A stretch of DNA of 49,839 nucleotides, taken from the NCBI GenBank assembly GCA_039028495.1, contig JBCCHY010000003.1, forward strand, positions 1 through 49,839, written 5' to 3'. The notes beneath the pieces were generated by a model. It was given only the letters and a program-made list of their open reading frames with translations, searched no databases and was not told the DNA's origin. Within the stretch, counting starts at the first letter, position 1. The number at the start of each line of letters is the position of its first letter. The stretch is from Patescibacteria group bacterium (GTDB lineage Bacteria; Patescibacteriota; Saccharimonadia; Saccharimonadales; VXPC01). Positions 40,697-49,270 of this stretch are shown here, piece by piece. The position numbers and the translations under genes were made by a program.

Positions 40697-41929
40697 ATGT
40701 ATGATGGTGAGACACTACCTGTTTTAGTTAAAGATCAGGCAATACCTGGGCTTTCTCATGTTATAGCCTTACATGTAGAAGTGGCCGATATGCGCCAGCG
40801 TGTTGAGAATATTGATACTCAGCGAGCACATGAGGTAAAACTTGGTGAAAGAATCCATGATGCAAGGAGGGAAGCCATACTCACCAGTGCCTTATTGAGC
40901 GATATACTTGGTCTTACCGTAAGTCCTGATGATGAAGAGCCTGATACAGATACTAACGACACTACCGATTCCCGTATTGTCAATAGACCTCCAACTGTTG
41001 ATCAGATTACGGAATCTGCTTTCTTTTTTAGGGCACCCAGACGAGGCGTGCACGCTTTGCAGAGAAGAAACTTGATTAATGATGCTCTGCTTGATGCCGC
41101 AGCGAACAGAGGTCTCAGGAAGAGAGCCTGGCAATCAGCACATCCTGACACTAATGAAGGCGCAAAAGTAGAAAAAACAGCAAAGGCCATAGGTGCATCT
41201 GACCGTGACCCTAAAACGGCTATACTGACAATGTTATCAGCCGGGGTGAAACCTACCGACGAGATGAACCTCACTGAGTTACGTGACGAGCGGTACCTAC
41301 TTCAGCTTTATCTTGACTCTACGGACGTGAATTATCGTAGTAAGCGTGAGGCGACTACTGCCGCTAAAAGAGAGGTAGACATGGCCGGATGGCGTGTTCG
41401 CTCAGAAGCCGCAGGACATCTGTTAGGCTTACTTGTCGGTAGCGATGAAGAAGTGAGGGAGTTTGCTGAGAGTAATCTAAGATATAACGATGTTTATTCG
41501 ATAGAGAGATTTAACTCTGACATAGTCAAAATATGGACTCTATTAGAACGTATTAAGCTTGGAAACCCAAGAGAAGCCAAGCGCTACGACGAGGCAAAAG
41601 TAGACGAGATATTGGAACATATCTGGGAAGTACATGCACCAAGCGATAAAAGAAGAGTCTCTAGCCCACCACATACGAACTGGCTACCAATACTTATTGA
41701 TGCTTTAGAGCTCATGGACCCAGGTGAGTCCGAGGGCGTCAGATACACTTACTTTGAACCACCAATTAAGCTTACAAGAGTGCCTCAACCAACTAGATTA
41801 CCAAGCAGGAATACTGAGCGAGGTTACCCATACGACAAAGATCACTACTGCAAAGATAGTCAAGAGACTGATTCAAACATAATTTATAGCAACAAAAACG
41901 ACAAGTACGAGGAATACTACAATACATGA
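40697..41929 (+). CDS. Hypothetical protein
   Basis: 410-aa ORF; extended -10 (TGtTATAAT) 7 nt before the ATG. Confidence 0.7.
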   Translation: MYDGETLPVLVKDQAIPGLSHVIALHVEVADMRQRVENIDTQRAHEVKLGERIHDARREAILTSALLSDILGLTVSPDDEEPDTDTNDTTDSRIVNRPPTVDQITESAFFFRAPRRGVHALQRRNLINDALLDAAANRGLRKRAWQSAHPDTNEGAKVEKTAKAIGASDRDPKTAILTMLSAGVKPTDEMNLTELRDERYLLQLYLDSTDVNYRSKREATTAAKREVDMAGWRVRSEAAGHLLGLLVGSDEEVREFAESNLRYNDVYSIERFNSDIVKIWTLLERIKLGNPREAKRYDEAKVDEILEHIWEVHAPSDKRRVSSPPHTNWLPILIDALELMDPGESEGVRYTYFEPPIKLTRVPQPTRLPSRNTERGYPYDKDHYCKDSQETDSNIIYSNKNDKYEEYYNT

Positions 41930-42585
41930 GTTACGAAATTGGCAGAGTTCAGTCTGAGTTTCTGACGAACTATCAGATACGTGCTTGCCACAAACTTGCA
42001 ATCAATGCTTTGGCCGAAAAACTCTCTGAGCGCAGGACTAGAGCAGAAGTAGAGGCCTTTGTAGGCCCACTCGGGACATACATGCTACGTACTCGTAACC
42101 CTAACCGGGCTGTAGGTAGACGTTATCGAAGTGGACAAGTATTCTTTAATGTACGAACTGTACTCACCACAGACACCAATAATCGTGTTATTGGGTGCCT
42201 GCATAGCGCTAGTAATGTCTCTGGTAGTCCTATTGAGCGTAAAGCAAAGCTGTCCACAAGACCCGATAAGATTTACCACTGGGTTTCAGGGATATCAGTG
42301 GATCCTTCACACTGGGGGCAAGGTATAGCTACAAGGATGATGCTAAAGTCACTAGAAGGCGTAGATGACCGTAGAAGTGTTACTGCATACCCTTCACCAT
42401 CAGAAGATCCTGAGTTTGTACATAAACTGATAAGCTTAGGTTTTGTAGTGCCTGAACCAGCATACGGTGTAGCTGATCTGTACGGGCCAGGTAGTGAGCC
42501 AGCTACACAGATTAGATTAGTCGCACCTGTCCCAGAACTTAGAGCAAACCTCGAAGCACGCTCTAGATTTGGGCACAATCCATAA
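41926..42585 (+). CDS. GNAT family acetyltransferase
   Basis: ISVDPSHWGQGIATRM (acetyl-CoA motif A) and LGF near the C-terminus. Confidence 0.75.
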   Translation: MSYEIGRVQSEFLTNYQIRACHKLAINALAEKLSERRTRAEVEAFVGPLGTYMLRTRNPNRAVGRRYRSGQVFFNVRTVLTTDTNNRVIGCLHSASNVSGSPIERKAKLSTRPDKIYHWVSGISVDPSHWGQGIATRMMLKSLEGVDDRRSVTAYPSPSEDPEFVHKLISLGFVVPEPAYGVADLYGPGSEPATQIRLVAPVPELRANLEARSRFGHNP

Positions 42586-42604
42586 GTTTTAGAATTTTAT
42601 ATAT

Positions 42605-43210
42605 ATGTATTATCATGTAGCTATGATCAGCACACATAGAGCACTGACTGAATTGCATCATGCTCTGGCCGCAAAAAGAGATATAGCTCGTGAAGCCGGT
42701 ATTACAAAAGGAAGCAGCAGTCGTGAAGCTGCAGTGGTTGTTGAGGGTGGAGGACGCTCACTACTTGACCCTGCCATCTTAGGTGCTACGAGGCTAATAG
42801 TTAGGTCATTCGCAAAGGCATCATTCCACGATACGTACTGGATTAGTATGCGACTATATGATGATGAAAGAGAGTTAGACATAGCCCCAGATCAGTATGC
42901 TCTTGATGGAGACCCTAAGTCTGGAGAATACTTTATGTTTACCACCGGATCGGCCTTGCCACGAATAGCTAGAGCAGACCTACCTGCAGCTCTAGCATTG
43001 CGGGCCAAGTGGCTCGAAGAAAATACACTAGAAAGAAATAGATACGATACTCTCGGGAACCTAGTTCATGCCTCCCAGGACGAACTTATATTGGCACCTG
43101 AGGTTAGCGAGTCAAACGGTCTTCAGATTGTTCGTTCAATTGCGGCTATTCCCTTAGACAACTTATGCATTAAACGCCATATACCTGAAACGCTCTACGG
43201 CAACCTGTGA
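42605..43210 (+). CDS. Hypothetical protein
   Basis: 201-aa ORF; start may be ATG 42623. Confidence 0.6.
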   Translation: MYYHVAMISTHRALTELHHALAAKRDIAREAGITKGSSSREAAVVVEGGGRSLLDPAILGATRLIVRSFAKASFHDTYWISMRLYDDERELDIAPDQYALDGDPKSGEYFMFTTGSALPRIARADLPAALALRAKWLEENTLERNRYDTLGNLVHASQDELILAPEVSESNGLQIVRSIAAIPLDNLCIKRHIPETLYGNL

Positions 43211-43271
43211 CAATATCACATAAGAGCTGTTAGCTCATCAGACAGTATCCTCGCTTTTACTTTAATAATTC

Positions 43272-43299
43272 TTGACTTCCGTTCTTTGCCTGTTATCAT
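43272..43299 (+). promoter_or_regulatory. Promoter of the trpS leader
   Basis: TTGACT-16 nt-TATCAT with TGn extension; leader ATG 8 nt downstream. Confidence 0.7.
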
Positions 43300-43307
43300 T
43301 ATTGTCA

Positions 43308-43391
43308 ATGAAAATTCTACAGAACAGCTATCTCTGGCTGCTACTCACTTCACGACCTGTGGCGGCTTATTCTGTTTGCTTTAAAAACTAA
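43308..43391 (+). CDS. Putative Trp leader peptide MKILQNSYLWLLLTSRPVAAYSVCFKN
   Basis: 27 codons, single TGG at 43335-43337; contains the antiterminator arm TGTGGCGG (43358-43365). Confidence 0.65.
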   Translation: MKILQNSYLWLLLTSRPVAAYSVCFKN

Positions 43392-43413
43392 CTAGAACTA
43401 AAACACATTGACT

Positions 43414-43441
43414 AATCCGCCACACTAAGGCGGATTTTTTT
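43414..43441 (+). terminator. Attenuator terminator upstream of GNAT-trpS
   Basis: AATCCGCC-ACACTAA-GGCGGATT followed by a T run. Confidence 0.85.
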
Positions 43442-43462
43442 AATACTACAAGGAGAAATAAC

Positions 43463-44072
43463 ATGAAATATCAAATAATGAACAAACAACCTGATCTAGC
43501 AGAAGCAGCAAAGGTTGTTGCACAGGCAATGCCAGGCCTAGAACCAGATGGGGTAGTCGCTGATACGGCGGCGCACATTAACGGTAACTTTATTCAGTCA
43601 ATACATTCTAATAGCGGCTTAGTGGGATTTGCAAATTACGAAGTAACGGAGTGTTTTTGGCGATAGACTACTATACCTAGCGGGGAGAGCAGTATTACCC
43701 AGACACCAAGGCAAGGGGTTGGGCACTAAAGCTTTAAAGAATGCTATAAATGAAATAGCACCGGACTACCTATTCACCGTCAGCAGAAACCCATCGATAG
43801 TCAAGATGATGTTGAAAGCTTCAGGTGCATCTCTAAGTCATCTATACCCAATTGCATCGACAATTGAACACAGAGTTATAGACTTTTGTGCAAGAGGTGC
43901 TGGCGTACCACATTCTACTAGACCATATCATTTCAACAGGTACGGTGAGAGCGGCTTACAAGGTGATTCTCTACCCATGAGCGACGATCCAAACCTAGCT
44001 CCCTATTTTTCTAACGCCACATTAAAGTCGACTGGCATATTAATGATAATCAAGTGTAGCGAAAGGTGTTAA
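43463..44072 (+). CDS. GNAT-family acetyltransferase split by a +1 frameshift (programmed frameshift or pseudogene)
   Basis: AAGGAG SD; frame 0 ends ...TGT TTT TGG CGA TAG (43666); the +1 frame from 43659 reads GDRLLYLAGRAVLPRHQGKGLGTKAL (motif A) to TAA 44072. Confidence 0.7.
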
Positions 44073-44073
44073 A

Positions 44074-45099
44074 ATGATAGCAATGAATGACACAATACTA
44101 ACAGGTTTACAGCTCACAGGTAGTCTACATCTAGGTAACTATCTTGGCGCTGTCTTGCCCATGGTTGACATCCAAAAGGCTGGCCATACAGTCTATATGT
44201 ACGTTCCAGATATACATGGTTTGACAGCTGATGTAGACTACTCATCTTTCTACGAGAGGACTGTCGAGTTTTTACGTTTGTACGCAGCCGCAGGCTTAGA
44301 TCTGACAAGCGATGACCTAATCCCGTTTAGGGGTAGCCATGTGCCAGCACATTCAGAGCTTGCATGGATTCTGACCTGCTTTACAGGTATGGGCGAGCTA
44401 GAGAGGATGACACAGTACAAAGACAAGTCATCGAGAGCTAATACCCACATAAGTTCAGGCCTACTAACGTATCCAACGCTTATGGCAGCAGATATACTCC
44501 TATACGGCGCAAAGTATGTGCCTGTTGGCGAAGATCAGCAGCAGCATCTCGAGCTCACCAGAGTACTAGCTAGGAGGCTAAACAACAGGTTTGGCGAATG
44601 CCTGGTAGAGCCTGCCGACCATGAAGCAAATCTGGCCTTTTTTGAGACGGAGAATGCCGTCCGTATCCGCAGCCTCTCTGACCCGACCTCAAAAATGAGT
44701 AAAAGTGTGTCAGACCCCAAAGGCACTATAGGTCTACTAGATGATCCCGAAGATGCTCGCAAGAAGGTGATGTCTGCGGTTACAGACGATCTAGGTTCGA
44801 TTAGCTTCGACTTCGTAAACCAGCCCGGTATATCTAACTTGATTCAGATCAAAGCGCTGCTAGAGGGCAAAAAAATAGCTGATGTTGCCGCAGAATATGT
44901 TGGCCACACACAGTACGGCCAGTTTAAATCAGATGTAGCCGATGCTGTCGTGGACTTCTTGAGCAACCTACAAGCTGAGTTTGCTAGGATCAACCCTGAC
45001 TCTGTAACTAAAGAACTACATACGGGTGAGGAAAAGGCCAATGCAGCTGCAAACGAGACACTCTACAGGCTACAGCGAGCAATAGGCCTCAGGCAGTAA
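44074..45099 (+). CDS. trpS: Tryptophanyl-tRNA synthetase
   Basis: HLGN (HIGH), YPTLMAADIL, VPVGEDQQQH, KMSKS. Confidence 0.97.
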   Translation: MIAMNDTILTGLQLTGSLHLGNYLGAVLPMVDIQKAGHTVYMYVPDIHGLTADVDYSSFYERTVEFLRLYAAAGLDLTSDDLIPFRGSHVPAHSELAWILTCFTGMGELERMTQYKDKSSRANTHISSGLLTYPTLMAADILLYGAKYVPVGEDQQQHLELTRVLARRLNNRFGECLVEPADHEANLAFFETENAVRIRSLSDPTSKMSKSVSDPKGTIGLLDDPEDARKKVMSAVTDDLGSISFDFVNQPGISNLIQIKALLEGKKIADVAAEYVGHTQYGQFKSDVADAVVDFLSNLQAEFARINPDSVTKELHTGEEKANAAANETLYRLQRAIGLRQ

Positions 45100-45100
45100 A

Positions 45101-45991
45101 ATGCCCAAAGACTCTAAACTCCAGGTCTACGAAATAGGTGACGATGAGATCGGCAAGCGAGCAGACTTTGTCGTAGCCAGAGAGATCCCAGAACTCAGTC
45201 GCAGCTACATCAAAAGGCTCGCCCATGACGGTAAACTCACATTTGAGGGCCGAGAGGTACAGGCAGGCTATAAGTTAAAAAGACCAGGAAAGCTCATACT
45301 AGATTATGATCCGGCAGTCCTACAGAACATTCCAGAGATAGAGCTCGACATAATATACGAAGATGACGATGTGCTCGCTATCAACAAACCAGCTGGCCTG
45401 ATAACACACTCTAGGGGTAGGTATTGGGATGAACCATCTGTTGCCTCGTCTATACGCAAAAAACTGACCAGAAGCGGCAGCGACATCAGAGCCGGGATTG
45501 TTCATAGGCTGGATCGAGCGACTAGTGGTGTAATCATTTGCGCCAAGACGGCTGATGCGCAGGGTTTCCTACAAAAACAATTTGAAAAAAGGACTGTCCA
45601 AAAAGAATACATAGCAATATGTAACAACGTAGAGCTAAAGGCAACCTCTGGTCTCATAGATATGCCTATAGGACGTAACCCTAAGAGACCAAGTACATTC
45701 AGAGTAGATGCCAAAGGTAAGTCGGCGCAAACAAACTACCAGGTGCTGAGTACATCAGACAAGTATATGATGCTCAGACTGTCTCCCAGGACAGGCAGAA
45801 CGCATCAGCTGCGGGTACATATGGAGAAACTTAACGCACCAATCGTTGGTGACACACTATATGGTGGGAAAGAACACGACAGACTCATGCTGCATGCCCA
45901 TAAACTTAAGCTTGAACATCCAAATGGCTCGGAACTAGTACTCGAAGCTCCGCTGCCACCAGAGTTCCAGGAGTTACTACATGACAATTAA
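45101..45991 (+). CDS. rluD: RluA/RluD family pseudouridine synthase
   Basis: N-terminal S4-like domain, NKPAGL, GIVHRLDRATSG, TGRTHQLRVH. Confidence 0.9.
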   Translation: MPKDSKLQVYEIGDDEIGKRADFVVAREIPELSRSYIKRLAHDGKLTFEGREVQAGYKLKRPGKLILDYDPAVLQNIPEIELDIIYEDDDVLAINKPAGLITHSRGRYWDEPSVASSIRKKLTRSGSDIRAGIVHRLDRATSGVIICAKTADAQGFLQKQFEKRTVQKEYIAICNNVELKATSGLIDMPIGRNPKRPSTFRVDAKGKSAQTNYQVLSTSDKYMMLRLSPRTGRTHQLRVHMEKLNAPIVGDTLYGGKEHDRLMLHAHKLKLEHPNGSELVLEAPLPPEFQELLHDN

Positions 45992-46181
45992 GTATGTTGC
46001 TGCAACTCTTATAGCCGCCTGCTTGAGTATATATGGTGATTTATTCCTGAGGCGCGTAAAGAAGCTGTATAAGAAATACTCCGACTGCGCATCGGAAGGA
46101 AAAATCGCTATATATGCCAAGAGGGGCGATGGTGCGATCAGCTACGCTGAGCGGCAGATCAGCCTGCCAGGAGGTTATTAA
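45981..46181 (+). CDS. Small hypothetical protein with N-terminal hydrophobic segment
   Basis: 66 aa; fills the gap exactly between rluD and the holB-like gene. Confidence 0.5.
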   Translation: MTIKYVAATLIAACLSIYGDLFLRRVKKLYKKYSDCASEGKIAIYAKRGDGAISYAERQISLPGGY

Positions 46182-47018
46182 ATGGCTAAGCAGACATATG
46201 CTCTCAACGATACTATCCATGAAATGCTATCCAGCTTTGCCTCGAAGCCTCAGGGGTCACTGCTGATAATCGGCAAAGAGGGCAGTGGCCTCTCAACATC
46301 ACTGAGATACATAATCCATAGCATCTACGGCGAAAAGCCCCGTGTTGGCGAGCTATTTCTTTTCAACGACTACACCATAGACGGAGTACGTACACTCATC
46401 AGAGAACTCGGTCAAAAACGTTCAAACCCCAAAAAGCCACGTATGATAGTCATCGATGATTTCGAAAAACTACAACACGAAGCACAGAATGCTCTGCTGA
46501 AATCAATCGAAGAACCTCCAGAAGGCACTCATTTTGTACTTACAACCTCAAACGAAGATAAAGTCCTCGGGACTATTGCATCCAGGTGTCAGGTTGTTAA
46601 GATGAAGCGCCCTGCAAAAGAAGAGCTACGAAAAATATTCACAAGCTCCTCAGATGCAGAGTTCGAACGTGCCTATCTGATAGCTGACGGATGGCCAGGG
46701 CTGCTACGACAGATTCTAGAGGGCGGTGAATCAGAATTCTTATCTGGCATTGAACAGGCCAAACAATACTTGTCTGGCAGCATTAGCGATCGTCTCATCT
46801 GGGCAATCAAGAACAAGCAGCCAGAGGATTTTGATAGCCTGACAGACTCTCTGGCGAGGATAACGCAGTCAACCATACGCTCTCTTAGCCTAAAGAACAA
46901 AAATGCGGATGCCCGCGAATGGTTGGACAGAGCGATTGTACTCCAGGACGTCCGTAGCCAACGCGAACAAGGCGTGAGCCCAAAGCTATTAGCACTATAC
47001 CTAGGGATTAACGTATAA
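46182..47018 (+). CDS. holB: DNA polymerase III delta' subunit-like clamp-loader protein
   Basis: AQNALLKSIEEPP, TIASRC; degenerate Walker A; no Zn module. Confidence 0.8.
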   Translation: MAKQTYALNDTIHEMLSSFASKPQGSLLIIGKEGSGLSTSLRYIIHSIYGEKPRVGELFLFNDYTIDGVRTLIRELGQKRSNPKKPRMIVIDDFEKLQHEAQNALLKSIEEPPEGTHFVLTTSNEDKVLGTIASRCQVVKMKRPAKEELRKIFTSSSDAEFERAYLIADGWPGLLRQILEGGESEFLSGIEQAKQYLSGSISDRLIWAIKNKQPEDFDSLTDSLARITQSTIRSLSLKNKNADAREWLDRAIVLQDVRSQREQGVSPKLLALYLGINV

Positions 47019-47025
47019 TCAGGTT

Positions 47026-47685
47026 ATGTTTACACTAGTATTAATACTTTTATTCGCAGCTGTTAGCGCATATTCTCTGCATACATACCAGAAGGATCCT
47101 GACGATATACCACACCGTCTAGGTAACCGTATGGCGAGACTATGGGATGTTGCACAGGTAAGCATGCGTGAAGGTAAATTAATGCGATCCGAGAAAGCGC
47201 TTCTTACAATACTAAAAATTGATGAGAAAAATGCCGCTGCATATAACCGTCTCGGGATACTCTATGCCAAACAAAAAGAATACGATGATGCTATAGATTG
47301 CTTTGAAATCGCGAGCACACTAGATAGAACCGCCAGTAGCTTGCATAATCTAGGGCTCATTTATTTCGAGACCGACTCGTACGAAAAGGCTGGGATAGCG
47401 TTCAAACAAGCGCTTGAGCTAGAGGATACCCTAGCCGCCCGCCACATAGCATATGCAAAAGTACTAGAGCGACAAGGTAAAACAGAGGAAATGGTCGAGC
47501 GGCTAGAGATGGCAGTAAGTATTGAGGAAAACCAAGAAACTCTCGGCTTACTCAAAAAGGCTTACAAATCAGCCGGAGACGAGACAAAAGAAAAAGCCAT
47601 CGACAAAAAACTCCGCACCCTCATAACCCCATCAGGCAAGAAGCGTCGTGTGCGCAAGCCAGTCAAAGCAGTAATCCAAAGCTAG
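47026..47685 (+). CDS. Membrane-anchored TPR protein
   Basis: N-terminal TM/signal segment; AAYNRLGILY and SLHNLGLIY TPR motifs. Confidence 0.85.
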   Translation: MFTLVLILLFAAVSAYSLHTYQKDPDDIPHRLGNRMARLWDVAQVSMREGKLMRSEKALLTILKIDEKNAAAYNRLGILYAKQKEYDDAIDCFEIASTLDRTASSLHNLGLIYFETDSYEKAGIAFKQALELEDTLAARHIAYAKVLERQGKTEEMVERLEMAVSIEENQETLGLLKKAYKSAGDETKEKAIDKKLRTLITPSGKKRRVRKPVKAVIQS

Positions 47686-47726
47686 CGCTTTAATATACTT
47701 GAGATAAATACTACTATATAACTCCT

Positions 47727-48110
47727 ATGAGAGAGTCACGTCCAACTAACTGTCTAAAGTACTATATCCCTGAGGGCTGGTATGACTTCGCCGCACTTGA
47801 CGGAATTGATAGGCTACTTGCGTCCCAAGAAGTACCAGGGAGCAAGCTAAGGTACAAATCAACACTAGGCGAGACAGTACTTACTAAGTGCGTTGAATCC
47901 GAGCTCGGTCCGTTGCTACACGTTAAAGTCTTACGAAGAGATAGCAGCTTTAGGCTCAAAAAGGTAGGACGCGTCATCGGCAGCTTTGAGTCCCCCAAGT
48001 CTGATATTGTTCTAAAAGATGTAATACCAGGAAGAAACACGGCACTAGATGTAGGTGATGGTCAATTCTGGAGGATGCCGCCAATTGAGAAGGTGCTCAA
48101 TCCTGCCTAA
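47727..48110 (+). CDS. Hypothetical protein
   Basis: 127-aa ORF; no motif recognised. Confidence 0.55.
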   Translation: MRESRPTNCLKYYIPEGWYDFAALDGIDRLLASQEVPGSKLRYKSTLGETVLTKCVESELGPLLHVKVLRRDSSFRLKKVGRVIGSFESPKSDIVLKDVIPGRNTALDVGDGQFWRMPPIEKVLNPA

Positions 48111-48192
48111 GCAGAAAATACTCAGAACACGAATACTGCCACCTAAAGATTGATCCACACGCGTCTGGTGATATAATGTCACGGTCCAATTC

Positions 48193-48278
48193 GCAGGGAT
48201 AGTGAAGCGGTCAAACACGACAGACTGTAAATCTGTTGGCTTATGCCTTCGGGGGTTCGAATCCCTCTCCCTGCACCA
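48193..48278 (+). tRNA. tRNA-Tyr(GTA)
   Basis: GCAGGGA acceptor, ACAGA-CTGTAAA-TCTGT, long variable arm, GGTTCGAATCC, CCA; TGaTATAAT promoter at 48169-48177. Confidence 0.97.
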
Positions 48279-48419
48279 GGGATTAAAAGCTCACATTTAT
48301 GTGGGCTTTTAATTTCTAGTATAGAAAGAGGATTCGAACCCCAGGCGCTTCGAAGACAAGTCTGTTGCCCGAGTGTACTCGGCGCACAGATTTGGCGTGC
48401 TTTATCCCTCTCCCTGCAC
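48279..48419 (+). repeat. tRNA-Tyr 3'-derived downstream element
   Basis: Hairpin, inverted 3' copy at 48317-48342, TTCGA at 48349-48353, insert, then ATCCCTCTCCCTGCAC at 48404-48419 (identical to 48261-48276). Confidence 0.8.
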
Positions 48420-48437
48420 ACATGCTAAAATCAAACC

Positions 48438-48815
48438 ATGAGTAAAAACAGAGTACAGTTGCCAAAGTATCTTTTAACACTACCAATCCTAGGCTTAACC
48501 CTAGCCATATTTGCACTGTACATATCATCCGGCACATATGTTATAAGAGACACAGATGACTCCGAGCAGAACTCATTAAACTGCGAGTCGAGAGAGTTCG
48601 AGCAAAAACAAACTACCAGCTTTGGTGCCTTGAACGCGCTTTATGGAGACAGACTGGGTCCAGAAGAGGTGGATAATGAGATATCTAAAATAGGTCCATG
48701 CCCATATGACAATGATGCTGTCGTCAAAATAGTCCCTATATCAGCGCTGTTACTTTCCGTACTGCTCATATACAGCCCAAAATACCTGGTACACAAGAAA
48801 TCTAAGCGTACTTGA
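48438..48815 (+). CDS. Hypothetical membrane protein (2 TM)
   Basis: 125 aa; two hydrophobic segments flank a loop with two Cys. Confidence 0.65.
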   Translation: MSKNRVQLPKYLLTLPILGLTLAIFALYISSGTYVIRDTDDSEQNSLNCESREFEQKQTTSFGALNALYGDRLGPEEVDNEISKIGPCPYDNDAVVKIVPISALLLSVLLIYSPKYLVHKKSKRT

Positions 48816-48979
48816 GATACCGTGACTAACGGTGTATATTATCGTAGTTACATCCGCGAATACTCAGAGGTTAGAGTAATAGTTCTATGAACTGGGTCAC
48901 AGCGGTTCGTAAGTAGCAAACAGCTAAATAATTGCTTGTTTGCATCATCCCATCGATGGGATTCATAAATATCAGTTCT

Positions 48980-49055
48980 GCCGGTGTAGCTCAGGGGTTA
49001 GAGCAACTGTTTTGTAAACAGTGGGTCGCGGGTTCGAATCCCATCACCGGCTCCA
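48980..49055 (+). tRNA. tRNA-Thr(TGT)
   Basis: GCCGGTG acceptor, ACTGT-TTTGTAA-ACAGT, GGTTCGAATCC, CCA; 76 nt. Confidence 0.96.
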
Positions 49056-49229
49056 ATAGTAAGCCCTCCCTCGTGGAGGGTTTACTATTGGAATAGTTGT
49101 ATGAGAACCCGCTAGATCCGCAGGATCGGGTTCGATGATAATCGCAGTCAGAAGAAAGCAGCTTCAGCTATTTTCTTCTGGCAAGTGCAATCTAGCGAGC
49201 TTGCTCGCAATCCCATCACCGGCTCCAAT
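49056..49229 (+). repeat. tRNA-Thr 3'-derived downstream element
   Basis: Hairpin 49052-49092, inverted GAACCCGC, CGGGTTCGA at 49127-49135, insert, then AATCCCATCACCGGCTCCAAT at 49209-49229 (identical to 49037-49057). Confidence 0.82.
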
Positions 49230-49270
49230 CATAAAAGCTCACGCTTTTTTAGACACAGATAACCCCAATA

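Noticed and set aside
43300-43441. T-box riboswitch upstream of trpS or hisS
   Set aside because: No AGGGTGGNACCGCG T-box motif or specifier stem, and the leaders are short; uORF attenuation fits better
48179-48537. ORFs overlapping tRNA-Tyr and its downstream repeat
   Set aside because: Coincide with the tRNA and palindromic repeats; spurious
48279-49229. tRNA 3' duplicates read as prophage/ICE attL-attR or as intron-containing tRNA genes
   Set aside because: Only 140-180 nt are enclosed with no integrase, and the copies lack D and anticodon arms; reported instead as an unexplained element
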